This document shows, piece after piece, positions 1-9,700 of a stretch of 27,487 nucleotides of DNA (position 1 is its first letter; the number at the start of each line of letters is the position of its first letter). Both the position numbers and the translations under genes were made by a program. The stretch covers positions 1 through 27,487 of IMG/VR virus record IMGVR_UViG_3300025120_000423, one strand, 5' to 3'. Origin of the DNA: a virus. Its lineage: Duplodnaviria > Caudoviricetes. Below the pieces are notes generated by a model that did not search any database, was not told the origin of the DNA, and saw only the letters and a program-made list of their open reading frames with translations.

Positions 1-1399
1 AATTACCAAATGGATTTGACTCTGAGAAATCTAAAATATCATCCGCCTCTAATTCAAATTCTTCATTTGAATCGTATGGATTCTCATAACTTTCATTATT
101 ATAATTTTGAACCACATATCTGGCTGATGAAATTGATCCTACTACAACTTCATCGGAACCAAATTCACCAGTATTTAGTGAAACTGTCAATACTTTACTA
201 TCAGCTATAAAATTTCTAACTACTGCTGTTGTTCCAGAAGTTTCTCCTGTTACAGTTTCATTATAAACATAAGTTCCTACACCAATTGCTGATAATCCTG
301 TTATAGAAATAGTAGGTGCTTCAGTATATCCAATACCTGGTTTCAGTATTCTAATAGAATCGATTTCAGTATTCGAATTTATTCTTGCAACTGCAGTTGC
401 AGTTACTCCAGTTCCAGGTCCACTAATTGTAACTATAGGTGATCCTGTATATCCACGACCAGATCCAGTAATCTCAATTTCAGAAACACTAAATTGTGTT
501 GCTCCAACAGAACATGTGGCAGCTGCACCCGATCCACCACCTCCACTTATCGTAATTGTTGGGGGTGTTACATATCCAGAACCAGAATTAGTTATTTCAA
601 GTCTTTGAATAGATTGAACATTGCCAATATTAGTCGTAATAGCAACTGCTTCAGCAACATTATCTCCATCCTTAAAATTGGGTGGATTTGAAAATGTCAC
701 AGTCGGTGTAGAACTATATCCACTACCATCATTATTCAAGAATATTTCACTAATAGCACCAGAAGAAATTGAAGATCTTGCAAAAGCAGTAATTGCTGCT
801 CCAACAAGAGTTAAGGATGTAATATATCCTTCATCTTCAACAGTACTATCAACTTCTTCAATACTTGTATCAATAAGTTCATTTTCATATTCATAAAGTT
901 CGCAACTTAATTCATAAACATAATTTGTTCCTAATTGATAAAAAGGTTTTTCGGATTCGACTCTTTTAATTTCAAAAAGTCTTTCTCCAAGAGGAAAATA
1001 AATTAAATCTCCTTCCTTGGGTCTTTCAATTAATCCTGCAAAATCTGCCTCATTTTCCGAAAATCCTGATTGAATGCCATTTAAAAATGGTGCAATAAAT
1101 TCTTCATATCTTTCTCTCGATATAGTTAAATTTATTTCATTTTTCAATCTAAGACCAAATTTAGTCATGATATCACTATCAGGAGCATATCCATCATAAT
1201 TATTCAAATATGCTTCTATTAAAAAACTATCATCAAATTTTGATGATTGTATTTCTTTAATAATATTGTCAGTTTTAAATACCTTTCTGGGCAAATAATA
1301 AACTTCTATACCATATATTTTTAATTGTTCATTAATTAAATCCTGAACAAGAAATTGTTCATTTGGGGATCCTTGAAGAAAAAATGGATTTAATGTCAT
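1..1399 (-). CDS. gp14: Neck protein gp14 (at least 466 aa, truncated by the window edge; not in ORF track)
   Basis: Manual translation from ATG at 1399: MTLNPFFLQGSPNEQFLVQDLINEQLKIYGIEVYYLPRK...RPKEGDLIYFPLGERLFEIKRVESEKPFYQLGTNYVYELSCELYEY...DILDFSESNPFGN. These are gp14 motifs and the gene lies 5 nt after the gp13 stop. The NPFG motif suggests the stop codon is just outside the window. Confidence 0.93.
   Translation of the reverse strand, partial: MTLNPFFLQGSPNEQFLVQDLINEQLKIYGIEVYYLPRKVFKTDNIIKEIQSSKFDDSFLIEAYLNNYDGYAPDSDIMTKFGLRLKNEINLTISRERYEEFIAPFLNGIQSGFSENEADFAGLIERPKEGDLIYFPLGERLFEIKRVESEKPFYQLGTNYVYELSCELYEYENELIDTSIEEVDSTVEDEGYITSLTLVGAAITAFARSSISSGAISEIFLNNDGSGYSSTPTVTFSNPPNFKDGDNVAEAVAITTNIGNVQSIQRLEITNSGSGYVTPPTITISGGGGSGAAATCSVGATQFSVSEIEITGSGRGYTGSPIVTISGPGTGVTATAVARINSNTEIDSIRILKPGIGYTEAPTISITGLSAIGVGTYVYNETVTGETSGTTAVVRNFIADSKVLTVSLNTGEFGSDEVVVGSISSARYVVQNYNNESYENPYDSNEEFELEADDILDFSESNPFGN
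297..754 (-). repeat. Four tandem ~37-aa I-x-I-x(3)-G-x-G-Y-x(3)-P-x-[IV]-[TS] repeats inside gp14
   Basis: ISEIFLNNDGSGYSSTPTVTF / IQRLEITNSGSGYVTPPTITI / VSEIEITGSGRGYTGSPIVTI / IDSIRILKPGIGYTEAPTISI in the manual translation. Confidence 0.85.
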
Positions 1400-1404
1400 A
1401 ATAA

Positions 1405-2247
1405 TTATCCAATAAAATCTAGAGGTGGCAGTTCATATTCGGAGGACATTCTCTGTTTAATATCTTCTAAATCTCTTTGTCCATCTTCTAATATTGCACG
1501 ACCATTTAATTCAATTCCACCAGGAAGTTTTACACCTTGAAACTTGATTAAATTTTGTCCCCACTGTTTTTTTATCAATGCAGTGAGATATTTTTTAACA
1601 AAACTATCATTATAAACTTGAGAAAAACTTTCAGGATCAAGTGCTCTATAACATTCGAGAACAAGGTAAGTATCCTTAGTTTGCGCTTTCCAATCAATAT
1701 CTAAATATAATCTATCTTGCCTCTTATTAAATCTTACCTGTTTTTCTGTCGTTAGTAAAAAATCAATATCTTCCAGATAGGATTTGGTCATTGCATATGT
1801 CAATAAATCAACTGAATTGAAATAATAAAGATCATTTAAAAACAATTGATATTTAATACTAAACATTCCTCCGGAAATTGTGCTAGTATCAAACTTAAAT
1901 ATTTTTTCGACTCCTATAACAGAATCTGGAACTTGAATATAGTTTGAAGTTTCATAAAAATTAAAGGTAGTTGTACCAAAACCAACAACATTCGCAGTTC
2001 CAGTTGTTGTTACAATACCTACTCCAGTTGTTCCTGTAGATCTTCCTCTATTGATATCATCCTCAGTAACTTTATACTTGAGATACATTTTCTCAACACC
2101 ATCATAATGTCTCTCATTAAAATATTGAAGAGTATCATCAACCAAGTCATCTACTTGCTCATCAGCAACATTTATCTCAAGAACTGGTGCTCCAAGTTGT
2201 CTCAAACAATAATCGACAAGTTCTTTTCTAGTAGTAGGTTTTGCCAT
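1405..2247 (-). CDS. gp13: Neck protein gp13
   Basis: MAKPTTRKELVDYCLRQLGAPVLEINV...VKKYLTALIKKQWGQNLIKFQGVKLPGGIELNG...PPLDFIG is the gp13 signature. GGAGG Shine-Dalgarno near 2257-2261; sits directly upstream of gp14. Confidence 0.96.
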   Translation of the reverse strand: MAKPTTRKELVDYCLRQLGAPVLEINVADEQVDDLVDDTLQYFNERHYDGVEKMYLKYKVTEDDINRGRSTGTTGVGIVTTTGTANVVGFGTTTFNFYETSNYIQVPDSVIGVEKIFKFDTSTISGGMFSIKYQLFLNDLYYFNSVDLLTYAMTKSYLEDIDFLLTTEKQVRFNKRQDRLYLDIDWKAQTKDTYLVLECYRALDPESFSQVYNDSFVKKYLTALIKKQWGQNLIKFQGVKLPGGIELNGRAILEDGQRDLEDIKQRMSSEYELPPLDFIG

Positions 2248-3128
2248 CAGTATGTACCTCCATCAATAAGTCCAGCAGTTAATGTTCCTGAAACAAATAA
2301 ATTATCAGAATATGTTGCAACACCAACAAAAGTGGATACTCCTGATACATTCAAATTACCATTAAGATCTAATAAAGTTCCTATAGTTGCAATACCAGAG
2401 ATATTTAAATGTCTACCACTTACTTCATCATATGTAATATCACCAACAACATTTAAGTTTCCATCAATATATACATCATTCTTAAAAGTAGATACTCCAA
2501 CAAAAGTAGATATTCCAGAAACATTTACTTTAGTAAGGTTAGTATTTCCACTTACATTCAGTAAGGTTCCTACAGTTGCAATACCAGAGATATTCCAATT
2601 TCTTGCACTAGCTTCATCATAAACAAGATCACCATTTACATTAAGATCACCCGCAACATACAAATCTCCACCGGTTGTGGTAATACCTCCAGAAGAAGCA
2701 AGAGTCGTAACTCCAACAGATTTGAACGTCGATTGTGCGGTAACTCCATTGAGAATATCAACGGTAGCATTTATATCTACATTAGAAGAGAAAGTTGCAA
2801 TACCTGCAACCGAAATACTTTCACCAATATGAACTTGTTTTGCTATTCCAATTCCACCATTAATAACTAATGCACCATTTGTAGGTGCAGTGGAATTTGT
2901 AGTATTTGAAAATGTTGCAATGCCAGTAATATTTAAGGATGACGAATCAATCGTATCCGTCATATAGAATTTTTCTGTAGAAAGATCCCATACAAGGATC
3001 ATCCCATCTCTAGTTTTTAGAGTGGACTCTACATCATTTAAATTAATTAAAGCTGATGGTGGTGCTGAAGCATTGGATAAAACACGAATTACATTCTGAG
3101 ATCCAATTCTGTCGTTAATACTAGGCAT
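2247..3128 (-). CDS. Putative fibre-like virion structural protein with beta-repeats (293 aa)
   Basis: Repeated LN[VI]SG[IV][AS]TF and GALVINGGIGIAK motifs typical of phage trimeric fibres; ends IDGGTY; stop overlaps the gp13 start (TGATG). Confidence 0.7.
   Translation of the reverse strand: MPSINDRIGSQNVIRVLSNASAPPSALINLNDVESTLKTRDGMILVWDLSTEKFYMTDTIDSSSLNITGIATFSNTTNSTAPTNGALVINGGIGIAKQVHIGESISVAGIATFSSNVDINATVDILNGVTAQSTFKSVGVTTLASSGGITTTGGDLYVAGDLNVNGDLVYDEASARNWNISGIATVGTLLNVSGNTNLTKVNVSGISTFVGVSTFKNDVYIDGNLNVVGDITYDEVSGRHLNISGIATIGTLLDLNGNLNVSGVSTFVGVATYSDNLFVSGTLTAGLIDGGTY
2307..2669 (-). repeat. Internal tandem duplication (63-aa + 58-aa units) in the 293-aa protein
   Basis: GDLYVAGDLNVNGDLVYDEASARNWNISGIATVGTLL... 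versus NDVYIDGNLNVVGDITYDEVSGRHLNISGIATIGTLL...; exact 21-nt repeat agttgcaataccagagatatt at 2385-2405 and 2574-2594 (offset 189 nt). Confidence 0.9.
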
Positions 3129-3463
3129 TACCTGGTTACTCCCCCTCGTACTAGTGCTGCACCCTCGACAGCTTTATATTCTTTACCATAATTTGTAATT
3201 TTCACATCAAATACATATCTTCCAGGTTTTAGATCAACAGATAAAGTTGAACCTAATGATACTTGAATAATTCCCAAATTTGGGTCAGTAATTGATGATG
3301 CAAAAGATACTGCTGTGGTGGATCCATAATGCTTTCTCAATTTTGCTTCAAGAGAAGCGTTGGTTAGTATTAATGGAGTTCCGGATCTAGTATCCTCTAA
3401 CTGAAAAGAAGTATCAAAATCATATCCCTGTTCAATCACAATATTTGATACATAAACAGACAT
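3128..3463 (-). CDS. Small conserved phage protein (111 aa), probably a virion beta-sandwich adaptor
   Basis: N-I-V-I-E-Q-G-x-D-F start and LKPGRYVFDVKI...VEGAALVRGGVTR end resemble small cyanomyovirus structural proteins. Has its own late promoter; stop overlaps the next start (TAATG). Confidence 0.75.
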   Translation of the reverse strand: MSVYVSNIVIEQGYDFDTSFQLEDTRSGTPLILTNASLEAKLRKHYGSTTAVSFASSITDPNLGIIQVSLGSTLSVDLKPGRYVFDVKITNYGKEYKAVEGAALVRGGVTR

Positions 3464-3491
3464 TATTTTATGGTGCTAACATACCTTTAGA

Positions 3492-3499
3492 TATTTATA
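3492..3499 (-). promoter_or_regulatory. T4-type late promoter TATAAATA
   Basis: Exact TATAAATA (plus strand tatttata) in the 49-nt intergenic gap, about 28 nt upstream of the 111-aa gene. Confidence 0.88.
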
Positions 3500-3512
3500 T
3501 GAATTTGATTGA

Positions 3513-3710
3513 CTAGTTATTCTTTATCAATTCTTTAAGAAGTGTCTTAATTTCTTCAATGTCATTTTTCATTTCATCCAATTCTTTTTTACGCAAATTT
3601 TTTTGCGTTATAGAATTTACATATTGATTGTAATTGGCAGTATCACAATTTATGATACCACCAGAATTTTCATCTCGATATAGATTTGAATTTCCTTTTA
3701 CTTTTATCAT
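3513..3710 (-). CDS. Hypothetical protein (65 aa) with C-terminal coiled coil
   Basis: LYRDENSGGIINCD followed by heptads ELDEMKNDIEEIKTLLKELIK; ATGA overlap with the stop of the 2467-aa gene. Confidence 0.8.
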   Translation of the reverse strand: MIKVKGNSNLYRDENSGGIINCDTANYNQYVNSITQKNLRKKELDEMKNDIEEIKTLLKELIKNN

Positions 3711-6700
3711 CTGAGTGCAATTACTCTGAGGTCTGCTAGACGAGGTGCTTGTGCCTGATCTGTACTATTCATTACAATTTTAATACCGTATCCAGTGAAT
3801 AAGTCTAAATTTTCAACTGTAAATTCATATTCTAAAAATTCTCCATCAAGACTTGCTTTAACTTTTCTATCCGGCAATCCACTATTTTTAGATTCATCAA
3901 CAACTAAAAATCCTTCAGTAGTTTCTTTCAAATTATTATATCCTGGAAATAGTTCATAAGATTGACTAATTTCACTAGAATCTGCTTTTATTGTAGTATA
4001 AAGAACTCTAAAATCAGAATCTCCTGGTCTTTCTGCAGCAATAATAACTTTTAGTCCAGAAGCTGGATTTTTAAGAGTGTTTATATTTGAATAATATACA
4101 GAAGCATGTGGATCGAATAATATTGAATTGACACGATTATCACTAGAATAATCACCAATTGGTTTGTTTAAACGAGACAGATTAAATTCTGTTCTTGCTT
4201 GATTGAGATTGAGTATTGGAGATAATGCACTATTGGGATCATTAGAATTAAATACGATTGCAGTAGTAAATGATTTTTTTCTTGGTAAAGAAGTCAAATA
4301 TTCATTTTGATTTGCCTCTGATGCAACCATTCTTACAGAATCTAAAGAATTTAATTCATTTAATTGAATTTGTTGATACCCATTATCATTAAACGAAACC
4401 TCATTACCACTAATACTTGTTGCAGTTGTGGTTCTGATTTGTCCAGTTACAGAAGTTGTTGAACCTGGTGTCAAAATATCATATATTGGATTTACTGCAT
4501 CATACATTATGTTTTGGGAAGCAGTGACATTATCTCCACCAATTAATTTTTCATCATTAAATGATAACTGAGAAGTTCCTGCCGTATCTCCATCAGTCAA
4601 TCTTGAACTTCCTTTATCAGATGACCTATCAATTTTTACGTGATAGCTATCAATATCTATTGGAGAGGCAATAGAATTTGTTATTCCATTAACTCTTCTT
4701 AATGAAACTCCACCAAATTCATATTTTTCTAAGTCAGCATTTACAAAGTGATTAACTGCAATAGTATTATCAATTCCTCTACCATTACTACTAATATTTA
4801 ATATTCCAGATCCTAAACCTTCATATTTGATAATTTCATTTCCAATTTTTACATATCCTGGATATGATCCAGAAACATTTTTTCCTTCAAAAGTTACGAA
4901 GTTTGCTGTAGAAGCAACACTGATTGTTGTCACATCATCAACATTTAGTTGAGAACTTAATACAGTTGTTGGAACATCAGATTTAATGTTATCTACTATC
5001 AATTTATTAGTAGTAGAATACATTCCATGATTAAAATGATCTACCTTAAAATAATCACCAGAGTACACTCCACCATCTGAAGAGGCACTTAAAATATTTG
5101 TTCCTGCAGCAGATACAATTGTAGAAGCATCACTATAATACTTAATAGTAGAACCAACTGCAAATTCCTTTCCACTACCACTACCACCAAATTCACCTTG
5201 AACATTAGTAAGATATAGAGTATTGAGACCATAAATCCCACCAATAGTTACCCTTGCATCTCTACCAGTTGCTGTTGATGTCGTCGAAGTTTGAATTCCT
5301 ACAACATTTCCTACTTGATATCCACTTCCAAAATCGAGAGTGGAGTGTCCAACACCAGTAATTGTTCCTGCAGAATTAGTAGTAATAAGAAGTTTAAGAT
5401 TTTCACCTTTTCCGGATACATTGTAAGTACTTACTATTTGATTACTAACACTTGCAGGATAATTTATACCTCCATCCGTAATACTAACGATACTAACAGA
5501 ACTTCCCTGTCCAACAACAATAGCAGATCCTCCATTAGTGGATCCTGCAAGTTTTCTACCTGCAGTTACAATACCAATAAAATCTGAATTTGTTGTAGTA
5601 ACAATACCAATTTTTCCTGTTTTGGGAAGAATAGTAATTGGACTATTATTCAATCTTCGAATATATCCATTACTTTCATCCAATGGTGGATTGTAAAAAT
5701 ATACGGATCCTGTTGTTTCTGTAAATTCTGCTTTGTATAATTTAAATTTAAGGTCTTGATTTTGATCTGTTGTCCAAATAGAACCATTTTGAGATTTAAA
5801 TAATGAACCAAGAGCAAACTGTTGAGTATAGATTACCTGATCAACATCTGGAAGAGACTGTGTATTAACAGTTTTTTCTCCCATAACTGCAGACCACACT
5901 TCATATTCATCACTTTGTGCAGAAATTAGAACAATCGCATATTCTCTTCCTGGTGTCAAGAAAATAGGTTCTGGGAATTTGACGTTAGTTGCAATTTCTC
6001 CAGTATCTGATGTTTGAATTAGTTGAGTCTCCACACCATTTTCATCAATAGATCTGGGTCTAAGAGTTACTGATGAATTGCCAATAACTTCTAAGGTAGG
6101 AGTTCCCAGTAATGTGGATCTAACTTGAACTGTAACAGGGGCATTACCACTATCAATAGATGCAAAGTATAAGTCTACAGAGGTTAAAAATACTCCATTT
6201 ACATCATCTTCTGTATCAATATCAGATTTGACTTGAATGTTTCCACCAACAGTAAATGTTTGAGCAAGAGGATCGGTATATGCTACCTCAATATTTCCCC
6301 CAACAGTTGCACTTACAGAACTATTAATTGTAGTGGTTGTGGTATTTGTTGTTACCGTAGCTTGGAAGTTGATTAAGGTTGCAGTTGCAGTATAATTTGT
6401 CTCTGCAAAAGAAACAGAATTACTTCCAGGCAATCCTGGAGTATTTGTAGAACTTGAAGTAAGTTTATAAGTTTTTGTTCCGGTAGATATTCTTACATTA
6501 GGTCTTGAACTTGCATTTGGATTTCTTAAGAAGAAAGAACCAATAAGATCTCCATAATTATCTGATATTAATCTAATATCTTTCACAAATGCAATTGCTC
6601 TACTATTTTGTCCTACCAATTGCATTCCTTTTTCAAGGTATCCGAAAAAGTCTCCTTGAGAATTTTGTGCAATTGCTGCTGTATCTACATTAAGAATACT

Positions 6701-9700
6701 TGATGATGAACTATAATTACTGGATATGAAATTTACTGAATCATATGGATTTTGATTGTAAATTGATGTTGGTGAATTAAAAGGTCCCAATTTATGATTT
6801 GGAGAGCAAACTCTAAATCTTATTCTTTCTTGATTATTGACGGTTCCAATTACAGTTTCTCCAATACTAAATGCAGCAGATGCTCCATTTCCAGTAAGTT
6901 GCCTATTGTTAGAAATTTCAATTAACTTAGGAATCAAATCAACACCACTATTACCATCCAAGAATTGATAAAATTTTGTGTTTGGTTTGAGATTAGAAGC
7001 ATTAAATTCAACATTTCTAGACCTCATAAATTCTTCATCAGGTGTGCTAACTACCTGATTGCGAATAAATGTATCTACAGTATCAAAACTATCACTTGCA
7101 GTGCTACTAGCACTTGTAGTGCCGCTAATCCTATTAGCAAAGTTTCTAAATGTATTACCTATATTACCTCCACCTCCTCTAAATCTTGGAGCTAATGGGA
7201 GAACAAAAGATCTATCTTGAGTAAGATCTAGATTATTAGAAAGATTGACTCCTTGTCTAAATCTGTTTCTTGCATTTACATCCTGCAATTGAACCGTTCT
7301 AGTCCAACTATCAACTTCTGGTTGTAATTGAACTACACCATTATAAACGACAATATTGAAAGGGTTTACATTTTCTACTTTGGTTGCAAATGGTTGCTCT
7401 AACCAATTAATTTCATTATATGCAAGAGTTAATGCTCGACCAGTTTTTTGAATCGCAGGGTCCAATAAAATTAAACTATCATCATTCAAATCTAGTTCTT
7501 GTGGTGATAAATTATCTAAAGTTGCTACTAGAGAATCTAATGAATTTCTACTAATATTTGGATTTAAAGTTCTAGTAGATTGATCAATCAAAGTTGTTGA
7601 AAGAAAGGTATCGAACTTAGAATTATCAGAGAATGAATCAACAAAAAAACCACTTTTAAATCTATCTCTACCTTCATTATCTTGAATTCTCAAGGTATTT
7701 GCATTTATTTCGAGAAGTGATAATGTCGTCACTCTTTCTAAATTTTCAACCCTATCTTCAATAAGACCAATATCTCTCATGGTGTATCTTCTATTATCAG
7801 TTAAGATAACATTTGCATCAGATGTATTATACAGATATGCAGGATATACAATTGTTGCAAGCTCTAAGAAATTTCCTTTCTTACTAGGTGGTTTTGGATT
7901 TTTTGAAGATATTCCTTTTTCAACAACGAAATTGCCAAGAATATCCAAATAAATTTTATCCATTCTTGGAAGATAAAAACTTTGATTTACTATTGCATTT
8001 TCTTTTGGTGCTAATAGTCTTAATGGAGAAGTGTTAAATGGTATAGTTCTGGCATTAAAATCGAATGGTGATCTGTCAGTTGTTACTGCGGGATCAAATA
8101 TTGATACCCTAGGTCTAAAGTCTAAAGTGTCTGTTGCTCTAATAGACCCTCCAATATTTGGAATATCTTTAGAAAATCTTTCTGCATCGTAACTATTGAC
8201 GGTAAATACATCTCCAGAGTCAGTCGTTGGAACTGCATAATGATCAAAAACTATCAATAAACTACGAGATGGTTCATGAATATTTTTTCTTCTCTCAATT
8301 CTTGAATAATCATAATACTGATTTTTCTGTCCCCTATTTAATACATATGATCCTGTTATGTCAATATAATTGCCTTTTGTTATTGAATCGATTTGAGAAT
8401 TGATTTCTGACTCCTCAAATACTACTGATTCACCTAAAGAAAACTTATTTTCGTTTAGATAAACAATTCCCAATTTATTTGCAGATTCTTTAGTAACAAT
8501 TCTGGCTATAGTATTACTTGAAGATCCTATAATATTTTCACCGATTAATGAATTCGATTCAACATTAGATATGACTGGAAAACCAATTACATCCAGAGTT
8601 GGAGTTAATTCATTTAAAGATTCATAAATTGAAAGAACCTTCACCACATCGGGATAATTTAATGATATTTCTTCGTCCTGAATTCTCAGACCATAATATT
8701 GATTATATATTAGTCCATCATTTTTAGAAGTTGCGGCATTATTTCCAGACTCTTTTAATTTTGACCCATTTATGGATAAAGTTCTACTTCTACTATAAGT
8801 TTTAGTTTTACTTTGAATATTACTTTTTATTACCGTTACATTAACAACAGTATCATTACTTGAAAGATTGCTGTCTAGACCTCTAATAGTCACTTCATTT
8901 CCACTAATACTGAATGCATCTGAAGTAATCGTTCCTATACCTCCTTGAGCATATGCAATACTAAATCTCTCCTGATCAAAATTAGCCCAAGATATATCAG
9001 TGATTCCAGGAACAGTGCTAGTGTTGATAGTTATAGCATTATCAACAATAGATTTACCAGTCAATTGCTCCATAAGGAACAGTTGGGAATTGGAAAAATC
9101 GATATTAGATGTATTTGGTTCCGATAGAGGGGCAAATAAAGTTCCTGAACCTGTTACTACTGGTGCTCCTAAAAATCCATTAACTTGAATATCTGATGTT
9201 GGAAGTGATCCATCAAAAACACCGGAAACAGTTGCTATTGCTGAAATTTCGAATGATAATGCATCTGTTGCAATACCAGATACTCTATTAAAAATCTCCA
9301 ATGATGAACCAGATTGTTGATATCTGATTACAGTATCAGTTCTAATGCCAACAAAAGTTCTACCTGGAGAAGTTACTGTAGAGATACCTCCCCCAGTTGT
9401 AGTAATTGTTAATTCAGATACTGCTCCTGGAAAATTAAATTTATCTAAAATCGAATCTGCTTTAAAATCATTCTGATCGAAAGGTATAGACTGTTTTACT
9501 GACTTAATGTTTTGAGTATTATATGCACGAACTTCAGTTATAGATCTTGAAGATTGTATTCCATTGATAATTAAATTCTCACCCTTCGCAAAAGTTCCGG
9601 AAGTTTGTCTTAAAAATATTTGATTTGATGATCCATCTGCTATAGCAAATCCCGTTGATCCAGTGCTATCTCCTTTGACAAAAAATGACTCTTTTATTTC

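Noticed and set aside
2385-2594. 21-nt direct repeat as CRISPR, att site or DGR template/variable repeat
   Set aside because: Only two in-frame copies within a protein duplication; no array, integrase or reverse transcriptase in the window.
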